DNA from: a virus
Taxonomy: Duplodnaviria; Caudoviricetes
Length of the DNA: 64,000 nt
Direction: 5' to 3' (one strand)
IMG/VR virus record: IMGVR_UViG_3300032247_000914
Coordinates: 7,084 to 71,083 of that record
Positions 49,535-56,940 of this stretch are shown here, piece after piece. Each line of letters starts with the position of its first letter. Position 1 is the stretch's first letter. Both the position numbers and the translations under genes were made by a program. A model generated the notes under the pieces. That model was given only the letters and a program-made list of their open reading frames with translations. It had not been told where the DNA came from and did no database searches.

Positions 49535-50071
49535 TTAAATTGTGAAATTATAATTTATAATCATCCTTAAATTTTCTTGAGGACAACTACTAGCATGATA
49601 TCTCAATCCATCAAAGAATACCGCACGACCTTTTTTTGGTTGTATGCGCTGTATCACAACAGATTTGGTATCATCAAATATCAATGTGTCACCGTCTGAA
49701 TCATCAACGTAGTAAACACATACCACATGTGGGAAATTTTGATCCCTATGTATGTTGTTGTGCTCTGTTTTAAATTTTTCAACTACGGGCAACTGTATAA
49801 ACGGTCTAATCTGTATCAGCTGATCAATTTCCAGTTTGGCCTGCTCACAAGCATTGACTAGTACATCATTGAACTGATCAAAATATTTTTCATCTTTAAA
49901 GGAAGTCAGTGCCTCAAATACACTGGTGACCAATCCTGGGGTGATAAAATTACCCTTGTCTAAAAAGAAATGCCAACCAGAAGTATTTTTCAACAACAAG
50001 GAATTTTTGATGTCATCTTGTTGCTGTACTGAAACCACATCATCTGCAATTATTACATTATTACCTATCAT
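49535..50071 (-). CDS. 2OG-Fe(II) oxygenase-like
   Basis: IHRD, YYVDDSDGDT, YHAS, RMIIN. Confidence 0.75.
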   Translation of the reverse strand: MIGNNVIIADDVVSVQQQDDIKNSLLLKNTSGWHFFLDKGNFITPGLVTSVFEALTSFKDEKYFDQFNDVLVNACEQAKLEIDQLIQIRPFIQLPVVEKFKTEHNNIHRDQNFPHVVCVYYVDDSDGDTLIFDDTKSVVIQRIQPKKGRAVFFDGLRYHASSCPQENLRMIINYNFTI

Positions 50072-50658
50072 AGTAGCGTATAGTTAGCGATACAGCGTAT
50101 GTCTTTGGTTGGTGGTGTACTGGAATGAAAACGTGTGCCATTGAACAGTATACATCTGCCTTTTTTAGGACTGACTCTTTGATGTTCTTCTATACTACCA
50201 AGGCTCACTGTGTCACCATAAAACGGTTTAAACAACACTGTATCCCCGTCTGTATCATTTACATAGTACAAGCATACCAAATGATCAAATGTATGATCCA
50301 CATGTACATTGTCGTATTTTTTATGTAGTTCTTCTCTCATGGGAAAATGTAAAAAACTCCTACTGGCCAATATTTTCTTCAATGGAAAATTGATTTTTTT
50401 TGCCGCGGCATGAGCAATTACTTTCATTTCGTCAAACATAAACTTGTTATGATACTTGATCAACTCGTCATTGAAATAACTGGCCATACCTGGAGTGCGC
50501 TGTGTTATTCCAGCTCTTGCCATATCTTCTTTAGATAGGGCGATGTCATGCATATAGACCCAGGATGTTCTATGCCCAAGCAACAAAGACTCGATTTTAT
50601 CCTGTGTTACTTTTGGTATAACATTGTCTAAAATTATAATTTCATTTTTATCTATCAT
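50068..50658 (-). CDS. 2OG-Fe(II) oxygenase-like
   Basis: VHVD, YYVNDTDGDT, FHSS, RCIAN. Confidence 0.75.
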   Translation of the reverse strand: MIDKNEIIILDNVIPKVTQDKIESLLLGHRTSWVYMHDIALSKEDMARAGITQRTPGMASYFNDELIKYHNKFMFDEMKVIAHAAAKKINFPLKKILASRSFLHFPMREELHKKYDNVHVDHTFDHLVCLYYVNDTDGDTVLFKPFYGDTVSLGSIEEHQRVSPKKGRCILFNGTRFHSSTPPTKDIRCIANYTLL

Positions 50659-50708
50659 AAACTCACCATTGGTTGATAATATTCAAGTCTTATAGACTAA
50701 GCAAATTT

Positions 50709-50812
50709 TGGAGTGGGTTGCAGCCCTCCTAAGCCATTGCCACGGTTATCTCAGGACTGGAAGATGGCCCTACCAGCCCGCCTAGTGTAAGCGTCCTCAC
50801 ACGGTACCCGTC
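50709..50812 (-). ncRNA. Candidate ~100-nt multi-hairpin RNA ending in CUCCA
   Basis: Four GC-rich hairpins downstream of tRNA-Leu(TAA). Confidence 0.35.
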
Positions 50813-50828
50813 AAATACTATCAACTAA

Positions 50829-50914
50829 TGGTGCGAGTGGCCGGACTCGAACCGGCACGCCCAATGGACTTCAGATTTTAAGTCTGATGCGGCTACCAAT
50901 TACGCCACACTCGC
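50829..50914 (-). tRNA. tRNA-Leu(TAA)
   Basis: Loop CTTAAAA, variable arm, CCA. Confidence 0.92.
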
Positions 50915-50967
50915 AAATACTAACCTTACTTTTTAAAGAACGTTTTTACTAATTGCTTAGTGCGTTA

Positions 50968-50996
50968 ATTATACAACAGTTAAATGGCCTTGTCAA
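50968..50996 (-). promoter_or_regulatory. sigma70-type promoter
   Basis: TTGACA-17-TATAAT. Confidence 0.8.
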
Positions 50997-50997
50997 C

Positions 50998-51071
50998 TGG
51001 TGCTCCTAACAAGAATCGAACTTGTATCGCATCCTTACCAAGGATGTGTTCTGCCATTTAACTATAGGAGC
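50998..51071 (-). tRNA. tRNA-Thr(GGT)
   Basis: Loop TTGGTAA, CCA. Confidence 0.9.
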
Positions 51072-51074
51072 GGT

Positions 51075-51296
51075 TTACTCTTGTAAGGCAGAGGTTGTAC
51101 TTCCATCAACAGCCACGTAGCCTGTGAGTAATTGTGGTCTACGGTCTTGCTTTGTACTCTTGGGCACAATGGCTGCAGCCAATTCTGCTTGGATCATGGC
51201 GTGTCGCCAACTGTCACGTTTGTCTTTGTCTGCGATAGTACACAGCATACGTTTGGTAGATTTACTCAGTTTGAAAGTGCTATTGGGTCTTAACAT
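51075..51296 (-). CDS. Hypothetical protein
   Basis: 73 aa ORF with AAAGG RBS between tRNAs. Confidence 0.55.
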   Translation of the reverse strand: MLRPNSTFKLSKSTKRMLCTIADKDKRDSWRHAMIQAELAAAIVPKSTKQDRRPQLLTGYVAVDGSTTSALQE

Positions 51297-51315
51297 TGGT
51301 TACCTTTGATTTATG

Positions 51316-51405
51316 TGGCGGAATGACTGAGACTCGAACTCAGAAACCGGCTTTCACCGATCGACGGATTAGCAATCCGCTCCAATACCATTATGGGACC
51401 ATTCC
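51316..51405 (-). tRNA. tRNA-Ser(GCT)
   Basis: Loop TTGCTAA, long variable arm, CCA. Confidence 0.92.
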
Positions 51406-51466
51406 TTCTAATTCTATTATAACATTACTTATTGCTTTGTGTCAACTGCTATTCATAAATACGAGC

Positions 51467-52009
51467 ATGTATACTTTGCCGATCAACATTCCCATCGTGC
51501 CTTTGGCCAACGGTGTACGGTTAACTGATTTCACCATATCAAATGTAACAGGTGTTACAGCAATTGATACAAAATTTTTAAATCCATCACTGATTGAATT
51601 TTTTGACAACATGGACATTTTGCCACGACCAGATCTATTTTTTAACAATAAAAATCACAACAGTTATATACATGTTGATAGACCACAAAGCCCCATTTAT
51701 CAAGATAAGGACTATGTGCGTATAAATTGGATCTATGGCGGTTTGGGCAGTACCATGAATTGGTATGGTCTAAAACCCACTACCAGTTGGATTGATGTTT
51801 CTTTGGCCTGTATATATAGACCTGATCAAGTTGATCTAGCGCACAGTGAGCACCTTGCTAGCACTCACATAGTACAAGTGGGTATACCACACAATGTTAC
51901 CACTGGTCCTGAATCTCGGTATTGCCTTGGCATTGTGCCCACAAAGAAAAAAGACAACAGCAGAATCACAATGTGTGAAGCGAGGGATATATTTCAGGAC
52001 TACATTTAA
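51467..52009 (+). CDS. Cupin/2OG-like protein
   Basis: IHVD, VRINWIYGG, HIVQVGIPHNV; CATAAATA upstream. Confidence 0.6.
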   Translation: MYTLPINIPIVPLANGVRLTDFTISNVTGVTAIDTKFLNPSLIEFFDNMDILPRPDLFFNNKNHNSYIHVDRPQSPIYQDKDYVRINWIYGGLGSTMNWYGLKPTTSWIDVSLACIYRPDQVDLAHSEHLASTHIVQVGIPHNVTTGPESRYCLGIVPTKKKDNSRITMCEARDIFQDYI

Positions 52010-52012
52010 AAT

Positions 52013-52125
52013 TGGTACGGCTGGTAGGTCCTGCCCCTACAAAAGCAAATGACTATGTCTTTGCTCCGTCCCCTGTCCTAACTATGGGTTAGGTGGGAGG
52101 TCTGCTATATTCCACTCACAGCCGC
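52013..52125 (-). ncRNA. Atypical 113-nt tRNA-like RNA
   Basis: Acceptor GCGGCTG/CAGCCGT plus ACCA; extended anticodon arm; long variable arm; T loop GGCAGGA. Confidence 0.6.
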
Positions 52126-52132
52126 GTAAGTT

Positions 52133-52161
52133 ATTATATACTTACCACGTCGGGCTGTCAA
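52133..52161 (-). promoter_or_regulatory. sigma70-type promoter for the atypical tRNA-like RNA
   Basis: TTGACA-17-TATAAT ending 7 nt before its 5' end. Confidence 0.8.
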
Positions 52162-52181
52162 TGGGGTCAATAAATATTGGC

Positions 52182-52754
52182 ATGAATACTTTCTGTCAAA
52201 AAATCAATATACCCATTGAACCATTGTTCAGTGGGTTTGATGTATACGATCCAAAAAGACCCAGAAATTTAAACAAACAATACGCAAATTTGGAATATGT
52301 ACCTTTGATATGTTTGAATCCTGAATTAAAAAAATTTATGGATCAAAAGTCCATGGTCATAAGTCTTATTGATATATTTTACTGTAATCCATATGATGTA
52401 CATCCAATTCATGTTGATCAACCACATGTGGACAAATTCATTGAAAATGACTATGTGCGTATCAATTGGATCTACGGTGGACTAGACAGTGAAATGAAAT
52501 GGTACAGGTTCAAAGATAATGTCAACAAATTGAACAAGGACCAAGTTAAACACATCGTCTATGGTCCAGATGATGTGGAGTGTATCCACTCACAGGCAAT
52601 CTCAGGTCCACATCTAGTACAGGTTGGTATCCCACATACTGTACAAAATTACAGTCAACGACGTTATAGTGTTTGTGCCGATATCATTCATAAAGACACT
52701 GGCAGTCGAATCACTATGAATCAAGCCTTGGATATTTTCAAAGACTTAATTTAA
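52182..52754 (+). CDS. Cupin/2OG-like protein, paralog of 51467..52009
   Basis: IHVD, DYVRINWIYGG, HLVQVGIPHTV. Confidence 0.6.
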   Translation: MNTFCQKINIPIEPLFSGFDVYDPKRPRNLNKQYANLEYVPLICLNPELKKFMDQKSMVISLIDIFYCNPYDVHPIHVDQPHVDKFIENDYVRINWIYGGLDSEMKWYRFKDNVNKLNKDQVKHIVYGPDDVECIHSQAISGPHLVQVGIPHTVQNYSQRRYSVCADIIHKDTGSRITMNQALDIFKDLI

Positions 52755-52758
52755 TATT

Positions 52759-52847
52759 TGGAGGAGGGATGGTAGAATCGAACTCCAACCGCTTTCGCAG
52801 TCCATCTGTTTTCAAGACAGTGCTGGGCCCAGCCCAGATAACCCTCC
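52759..52847 (-). tRNA. tRNA-Ser(TGA)
   Basis: Loop CTTGAAA, variable arm, CCA. Confidence 0.88.
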
Positions 52848-52923
52848 ATATAAAGGAGAAACCCTGCTCAAAGTCAGGGTTTGAAATTAGGTGTGGGTGT
52901 TTTGAAGTACACCCACGAAACTT

Positions 52924-54330
52924 TTAGAAGCTGTAACGATCGCTCATCACAGTCTTCAACATGATGCCTTCTGGTGTGAATTCACTCATGTCTGCGGCCA
53001 ATAGTGCCTTGGCAATAGCTGGGCTAAAACCTGACACTAGTGCGGAACCACTCTTGTCTGACTTAACAGGCACGTTATCTGAACTGTTTAGGTTCCAGAA
53101 AACAACTTGTGGTACAGCATAGCCTGCGGCTTCGTACTTGCGTTCAATCATCTCCATTGCTGAAGAGTCATGCTTTACACATTGGTTGAACTGCATGTCA
53201 CTCAAGATCAATACCATTTCTGGCATTTCTTCTTGAGGAACATTACCCTTTACAGCAACATCAAGGATCTTGCTGAAAGCCGCATGTAGGTTAGTACTCA
53301 TGCCCCAATCGGACTTAACCATTTGGGCCATCTTTTGAACCACATCACCCTTTAGGGTCATTAGTTCTGGCCGGTCACTGAAAGTTAGGAACGTGTCCTT
53401 GAACTTGCCGGTGTTCTTTTCAGCCAAATACAAACCTAGTGAAACTGCCACATCCATACAAGTGACCTTAGAGTTCTTGCCTGCTGGGCATGACATAGAA
53501 CCGCTAACGTCAACTAGTGGTAGGATGTTTGCGTCGCCAACATAGTTAGGCAAAGCCTCCCATTGAGCAACGATCAAATCAGTTTCTGTCTTGTCAAAAG
53601 TGCGGTAGTTACCAACACCCTTCAAGACATCGTAAGGGAAAATTGCCGAAGCATTTACCTTTACGGTTGGGTCGCCCTTAACCAAACTCGCAACATACTC
53701 AGCGAACTTTGTAGTGTTACGGTTAAATGCCTTCTTGTAACGGCTGGCCGCTACACTTGGCACATGGCTAAAGTTGATGTTATCCCAGTCCTTGGCACAC
53801 ATTTGTGTTTCAACGACCTTGGTAAGTGCTACTAGACTCTTACGGTAGAACTTTGGGCTCATACCAAAGAATTCACGGATTTCACGTGCTACTTCACCCT
53901 TACGTGGAGTCCACTTAGCAGCCAAGCCATTCTTCTCACGAAGAGCGTCGCCCAGCATTGTGTAAGCGGCTGACTTCAATTCCTTGTCAGTAAAGACAAA
54001 GATGTCGTCCCAACGACCCAATTCTGGAATCTTCTTCAAGAGAGCCATGGCGGCCAACTTGTCAGTCTTTTCCAGGTACTTCAGGATTGAACGGAACAAT
54101 TCACGTTCACCTGCTCCACCACGAGCATCACGTGCCCATAGTGCGATACGCAGTGCTAGTTCGCGATCAGCCACCAAAGCGGCTGTAAAGGCAGGAACAA
54201 TGTCCTTGCCACGGCTAGCACCAATGTTATAAAATAGATCAACCACCTTATTGGAAGTTGACTTGCGAGCCTTCATACCATTAGCGGTACGGGCTTCTTG
54301 ATTTGCTACTGCTTCTACAAATGTTGCCAT
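52924..54330 (-). CDS. TROVE-like plus vWA domain protein (DUF2828 type, Ro60-related)
   Basis: WARDARGGAGERELF, GRWDD, AAKWTP, LVDVSGSM MIDAS, ILSDMQF, VVFWNL; GAAAGGAG RBS. Confidence 0.8.
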   Translation of the reverse strand: MATFVEAVANQEARTANGMKARKSTSNKVVDLFYNIGASRGKDIVPAFTAALVADRELALRIALWARDARGGAGERELFRSILKYLEKTDKLAAMALLKKIPELGRWDDIFVFTDKELKSAAYTMLGDALREKNGLAAKWTPRKGEVAREIREFFGMSPKFYRKSLVALTKVVETQMCAKDWDNINFSHVPSVAASRYKKAFNRNTTKFAEYVASLVKGDPTVKVNASAIFPYDVLKGVGNYRTFDKTETDLIVAQWEALPNYVGDANILPLVDVSGSMSCPAGKNSKVTCMDVAVSLGLYLAEKNTGKFKDTFLTFSDRPELMTLKGDVVQKMAQMVKSDWGMSTNLHAAFSKILDVAVKGNVPQEEMPEMVLILSDMQFNQCVKHDSSAMEMIERKYEAAGYAVPQVVFWNLNSSDNVPVKSDKSGSALVSGFSPAIAKALLAADMSEFTPEGIMLKTVMSDRYSF

Positions 54331-54343
54331 GATTGGCTCCTTT

Positions 54344-54403
54344 CAGGTTAATGCCTTGCGGCGGGTTTCATTATGCTTGAAAATTGATTGCTGAACTTAA
54401 CCT
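54344..54403 (-). ncRNA. CAGCAA-motif RNA A (in 5' leader of TROVE-like gene)
   Basis: AGGUUAA-GUU-CAGCAA...UUAACCU-G; internal GCC-GCAA-GGC; abuts RBS. Confidence 0.65.
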
Positions 54404-54416
54404 ATATAAATTCAAA

Positions 54417-54583
54417 CAGGATCGTTGTCGACTGCTTTTATTTTACTCAGGCCATCACTCTGAGCTTGTTAGTCTTGCTTCAATAGCCGCCTTCAACGCT
54501 AGGCAGTTTTACGTGCTTTGCTCCAACAGACTACCACAGTGTCTAACAGTTCTTAAGTAGATTAAGATTGCTGAACCGATCCT
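54417..54583 (-). ncRNA. CAGCAA-motif RNA B (167 nt)
   Basis: AGGAUCG-GUU-CAGCAA...CGAUCCU-G; several internal hairpins. Confidence 0.65.
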
Positions 54584-54617
54584 AAAACTGTCTAACAAGT
54601 TTCCTTGCTATGTGTAT

Positions 54618-54646
54618 ATTGTATGTGAAACACGGACTTGTGTCAA
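54618..54646 (-). promoter_or_regulatory. sigma70-type promoter driving RNA B, RNA A and the TROVE-like gene
   Basis: TTGACA-17-TACAAT. Confidence 0.8.
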
Positions 54647-54661
54647 TACAATTTGGAAAAA

Positions 54662-54781
54662 CAGGATACGTTTTTTACGAAGGCTTTTGAGGCCTTTGCT
54701 CAACCGCTGAGCGAATCTGGCATGAAGCCAAATGTTGGAATCGAACCAACGTGTCATAAATGACTTTGCTGTGCGTATCCT
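54662..54781 (-). ncRNA. CAGCAA-motif RNA C with permuted tRNA arms (YrlA-like)
   Basis: AGGAUACG-CA-CAGCAA...CGUAUCCU-G; T arm, short stem-loop, D-like arm, Leu-CAA anticodon arm. Confidence 0.7.
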
Positions 54782-54787
54782 CAAACT

Positions 54788-54863
54788 TGGTGCCGCCCCC
54801 AGGGATCGAACCTGGTTCCTCGGTGCTTCAAACCGGTGCTATGACCACATCAGCTAAAGCGGC
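54788..54863 (-). tRNA. tRNA-Phe(GAA)
   Basis: Loop TTGAAGC, CCA. Confidence 0.88.
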
Positions 54864-54871
54864 AAATTATT

Positions 54872-54946
54872 TGGCCCGGCGTAGAGGAATCGAACCTCTA
54901 TAAAGACTTTAGAAGAATCTTGTCCTATCCATTGAACGAACGCCAG
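54872..54946 (-). tRNA. tRNA-Arg(TCT)
   Basis: Loop CTTCTAA, CCA. Confidence 0.9.
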
Positions 54947-54954
54947 TTAACCTT

Positions 54955-54983
54955 ATTATACACTGGTTTTCAGTGTAAGTCAA
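54955..54983 (-). promoter_or_regulatory. sigma70-type promoter
   Basis: TTGACT-17-TATAAT. Confidence 0.75.
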
Positions 54984-54986
54984 ATA

Positions 54987-55064
54987 TGGTACCCTAGGTC
55001 AGATTCGAACTGACACGATTCTCCTTTTGAGAGAGACGCCTCATACCAATTGGGCTACTAGGGC
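54987..55064 (-). tRNA. tRNA-Leu(CAA), short variable region
   Basis: Loop CTCAAAA, CCA. Confidence 0.85.
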
Positions 55065-55075
55065 ATTAAAAAATT

Positions 55076-55149
55076 TGGTAGTTCCTGAAAGAATCGAACT
55101 TTCATTTACGCCATGTCACGGCATTGTTCTGCCATTAAACTAAGGAACT
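55076..55149 (-). tRNA. tRNA-Val(GAC)
   Basis: Loop GTGACAT, CCA. Confidence 0.8.
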
Positions 55150-55155
55150 ATATAC

Positions 55156-55247
55156 TGGTACCAGCGGAGGGGATCGAACCCTCTCAAGAACGCTAATCTG
55201 GCGCTAAAAGGCTTATAAGACCTCTCTGACTTCCAAGTCTCGCTGGC
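55156..55247 (-). tRNA. tRNA-Ile(TAT) with long variable arm
   Basis: Loop CTTATAA, 92 nt, CCA. Confidence 0.8.
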
Positions 55248-55256
55248 ATTAAAAAT

Positions 55257-55332
55257 TGGGGTGTCTTACCGGTATCGATCCGGTACCACCAGTTTCACAG
55301 ACTAGTATGCAGGCCACTACACTAAAGACACC
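55257..55332 (-). tRNA. tRNA-His(GTG)
   Basis: Loop CTGTGAA, G-1 opposite C73. Confidence 0.9.
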
Positions 55333-55343
55333 ATAATTTAATT

Positions 55344-55420
55344 TGGTGAGTCCTGACGGATTCGAACCGCCGACAACCAGTTTCGAAGACTGGGACTCTA
55401 TCCAACTGAGCTAAGGACCC
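55344..55420 (-). tRNA. tRNA-Arg(TCG)
   Basis: Loop CTTCGAA, CCA. Confidence 0.92.
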
Positions 55421-55866
55421 GAAGAGTTGAAATGTGGATATTCGTAATTAATAGTTTCTACGTTATCCCTAAAAACTACAGCACCATTTAGTAGATGAAA
55501 TCTACGTGCTAACTGTGTTGGTGGGCTTAATGTAACAAACCTTTTAATGTTTGGCTTATGCTCTTTTATGTGCGATAGCGCATTAAAAATTAATGTCCTA
55601 CCTGCTCCTGTAGCATAACTCCAGATTGTGTAAAATACAGCAGTATCTGGATCGTTGTGTAAAGTAAAAAGTTCGTTCTCTGATTTAGGAACAAAATCTT
55701 GATAGCTTATACATGTGATTGCTTTGACTTTTCCTTCTTCATCTTTATAAACAAAGATGTCTTTGTTGTCACCGATCCTATTTAAAATAGGAATAGTTGG
55801 TCGAACAGGATCCTCGTTCAAAAAGTTTATATATTGATCTGTTTCTGATTTTATTGCGTATAACAT
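55411..55866 (-). CDS. Hypothetical protein, possibly GNAT-like
   Basis: AVFYTIWSY..GAGR, FVTLSP; stop inside tRNA-Arg(TCG). Confidence 0.55.
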   Translation of the reverse strand: MLYAIKSETDQYINFLNEDPVRPTIPILNRIGDNKDIFVYKDEEGKVKAITCISYQDFVPKSENELFTLHNDPDTAVFYTIWSYATGAGRTLIFNALSHIKEHKPNIKRFVTLSPPTQLARRFHLLNGAVVFRDNVETINYEYPHFNSSGP

Positions 55867-55930
55867 GGCGGTCCGATTGTTTGGTGGTATACACTTAATT
55901 ATCTTAATATATTATAATTCTGTTAATTAT

Positions 55931-56006
55931 TGGTGGTGATGGTGAGACTCGAACTCACGATAATCTCCGTATGAAGGAGGTACATTGGCCGCTATGCTAC
56001 ATCACC
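55931..56006 (-). tRNA. tRNA-Met or Ile2 (CAT)
   Basis: Loop TTCATAC, CCA. Confidence 0.85.
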
Positions 56007-56007
56007 A

Positions 56008-56196
56008 TTATACTTGGATATCAACGTTCGCACCTTTGATATTGGCAGGACGAACTTTGGCTGTATCATCATACAGGTATTGTTCTACTTCTATGACTTT
56101 TTTATGAGTAACAGGATCTTCCAAAGTTGTGTAAACAGTTTTTCGATTACTGTTGTAAACTCTATCCCAAACATTAAGTACGCTCTGTATGATCAT
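56008..56196 (-). CDS. Hypothetical protein (62 aa)
   Basis: Start reassigned to MIIQSV. Confidence 0.5.
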   Translation of the reverse strand: MIIQSVLNVWDRVYNSNRKTVYTTLEDPVTHKKVIEVEQYLYDDTAKVRPANIKGANVDIQV

Positions 56197-56212
56197 ATTG
56201 TATTTAATACCA

Positions 56213-56310
56213 TATAGAAACACACTAGTGAAATCGCACCACCCCAGTTTCACGCTGAGTTCCCAGTAGCTACAGAGGCATTGTCCTCCTGCGAATAATG
56301 TGTTTTTATA
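56213..56310 (-). ncRNA. Candidate ~100-nt structured RNA abutting tRNA-Lys CCA
   Basis: Ends pair (TATAAAAACACA/TGTGTTTCTATA); inner TCGCA/TGCGA multiloop. Confidence 0.45.
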
Positions 56311-56385
56311 TGGTAGGGGCACCGGGACTCGAACCCGGATAGATCGGTTAAAAGCCGACTATTCTAGCCTTTGAATTATACCCCC
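56311..56385 (-). tRNA. tRNA-Lys(TTT)
   Basis: Loop CTTTTAA, CCA. Confidence 0.92.
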
Positions 56386-56388
56386 ATA

Positions 56389-56464
56389 TGGTCCCTAGCG
56401 TCAGATTTGAACTGACACCTCATCGGTTAAGAGCCGAGTACGCTACCATTAACGCCAGCTAGGG
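56389..56464 (-). tRNA. tRNA-Lys(CTT)
   Basis: Loop CTCTTAA, CCA. Confidence 0.92.
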
Positions 56465-56527
56465 ATGGATTCGTAATTGATTTTCTTTTACGTGCCATCC
56501 AGGACCATACGGGGGTCTAGGATGACA

Positions 56528-56551
56528 CTATCGTTTCGCTGAACGTTTCAT
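56528..56551 (-). CDS. Putative leader peptide MKRSAKR
   Basis: GGAGAA RBS; ATG AAA CGT TCA GCG AAA CGA TAG; stop runs into a 9-bp hairpin. Confidence 0.5.
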   Translation of the reverse strand: MKRSAKR

Positions 56552-56576
56552 ATCATTCTCCATTTAAAAAATTGAA

Positions 56577-56789
56577 TTTGTAAGTAGTTGCCCCATCGTT
56601 ATAGCAACCATTCACCCGTGTAATAAACTCGAGCGGGACTCGGTACGTCACTTGGGATTCATCCAGTTTGTCTCCGTTGCAGACCACAGCAATTAGCTCA
56701 CCGTGCGGGAGTTGAACCCAAAACCTTCTACTTGACAGTACCTTCGAAGAATACTTACAAGCGTGACTTCACTTGCTGACACTTACAAA
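56577..56789 (-). ncRNA. CAGCAA-motif RNA G (213 nt)
   Basis: UUUGUAAGU-GU-CAGCAA...ACUUACAAA; internal GGG-UUCAACU-CCC T-arm-like hairpin. Confidence 0.55.
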
Positions 56790-56792
56790 ACT

Positions 56793-56866
56793 TGGTGCTC
56801 CATCGAGGAATCGAACCACGATTGCCGGACTACAAAACCGGAGTATTTCCATTATACTAATAGAGC
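56793..56866 (-). tRNA. tRNA-Thr(TGT), second copy
   Basis: Loop TTTGTAG with U31-U39 mismatch, CCA. Confidence 0.75.
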
Positions 56867-56874
56867 AAATAAAA

Positions 56875-56935
56875 CAGGATAGCATTTTTTGGCTTTTTTT
56901 CAAGAAAAGATTTTTTAATTTGCTGTTACTATCCT
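56875..56935 (-). ncRNA. CAGCAA-motif RNA D carrying a Ser(UGA) anticodon stem-loop
   Basis: AGGAUAG-UAA-CAGCAA...CUAUCCU-G; CUUUU-CUUGAAA-AAAAG. Confidence 0.7.
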
Positions 56936-56940
56936 AAAAC

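Noticed and set aside
52857-52918. Two hairpins after the TROVE-like gene with CUUCAAA (Sec/opal-like) and CUUUGAG loops
   Set aside because: Loops are 8 nt and lack the CAGCAA frame; more likely stability or termination hairpins.
56213-56310. Theta/HDV-like or hammerhead ribozyme at a tRNA 3' end
   Set aside because: Could not build P1/P1.1/P3 or find CUGANGA; the same applies to 50709-50812.
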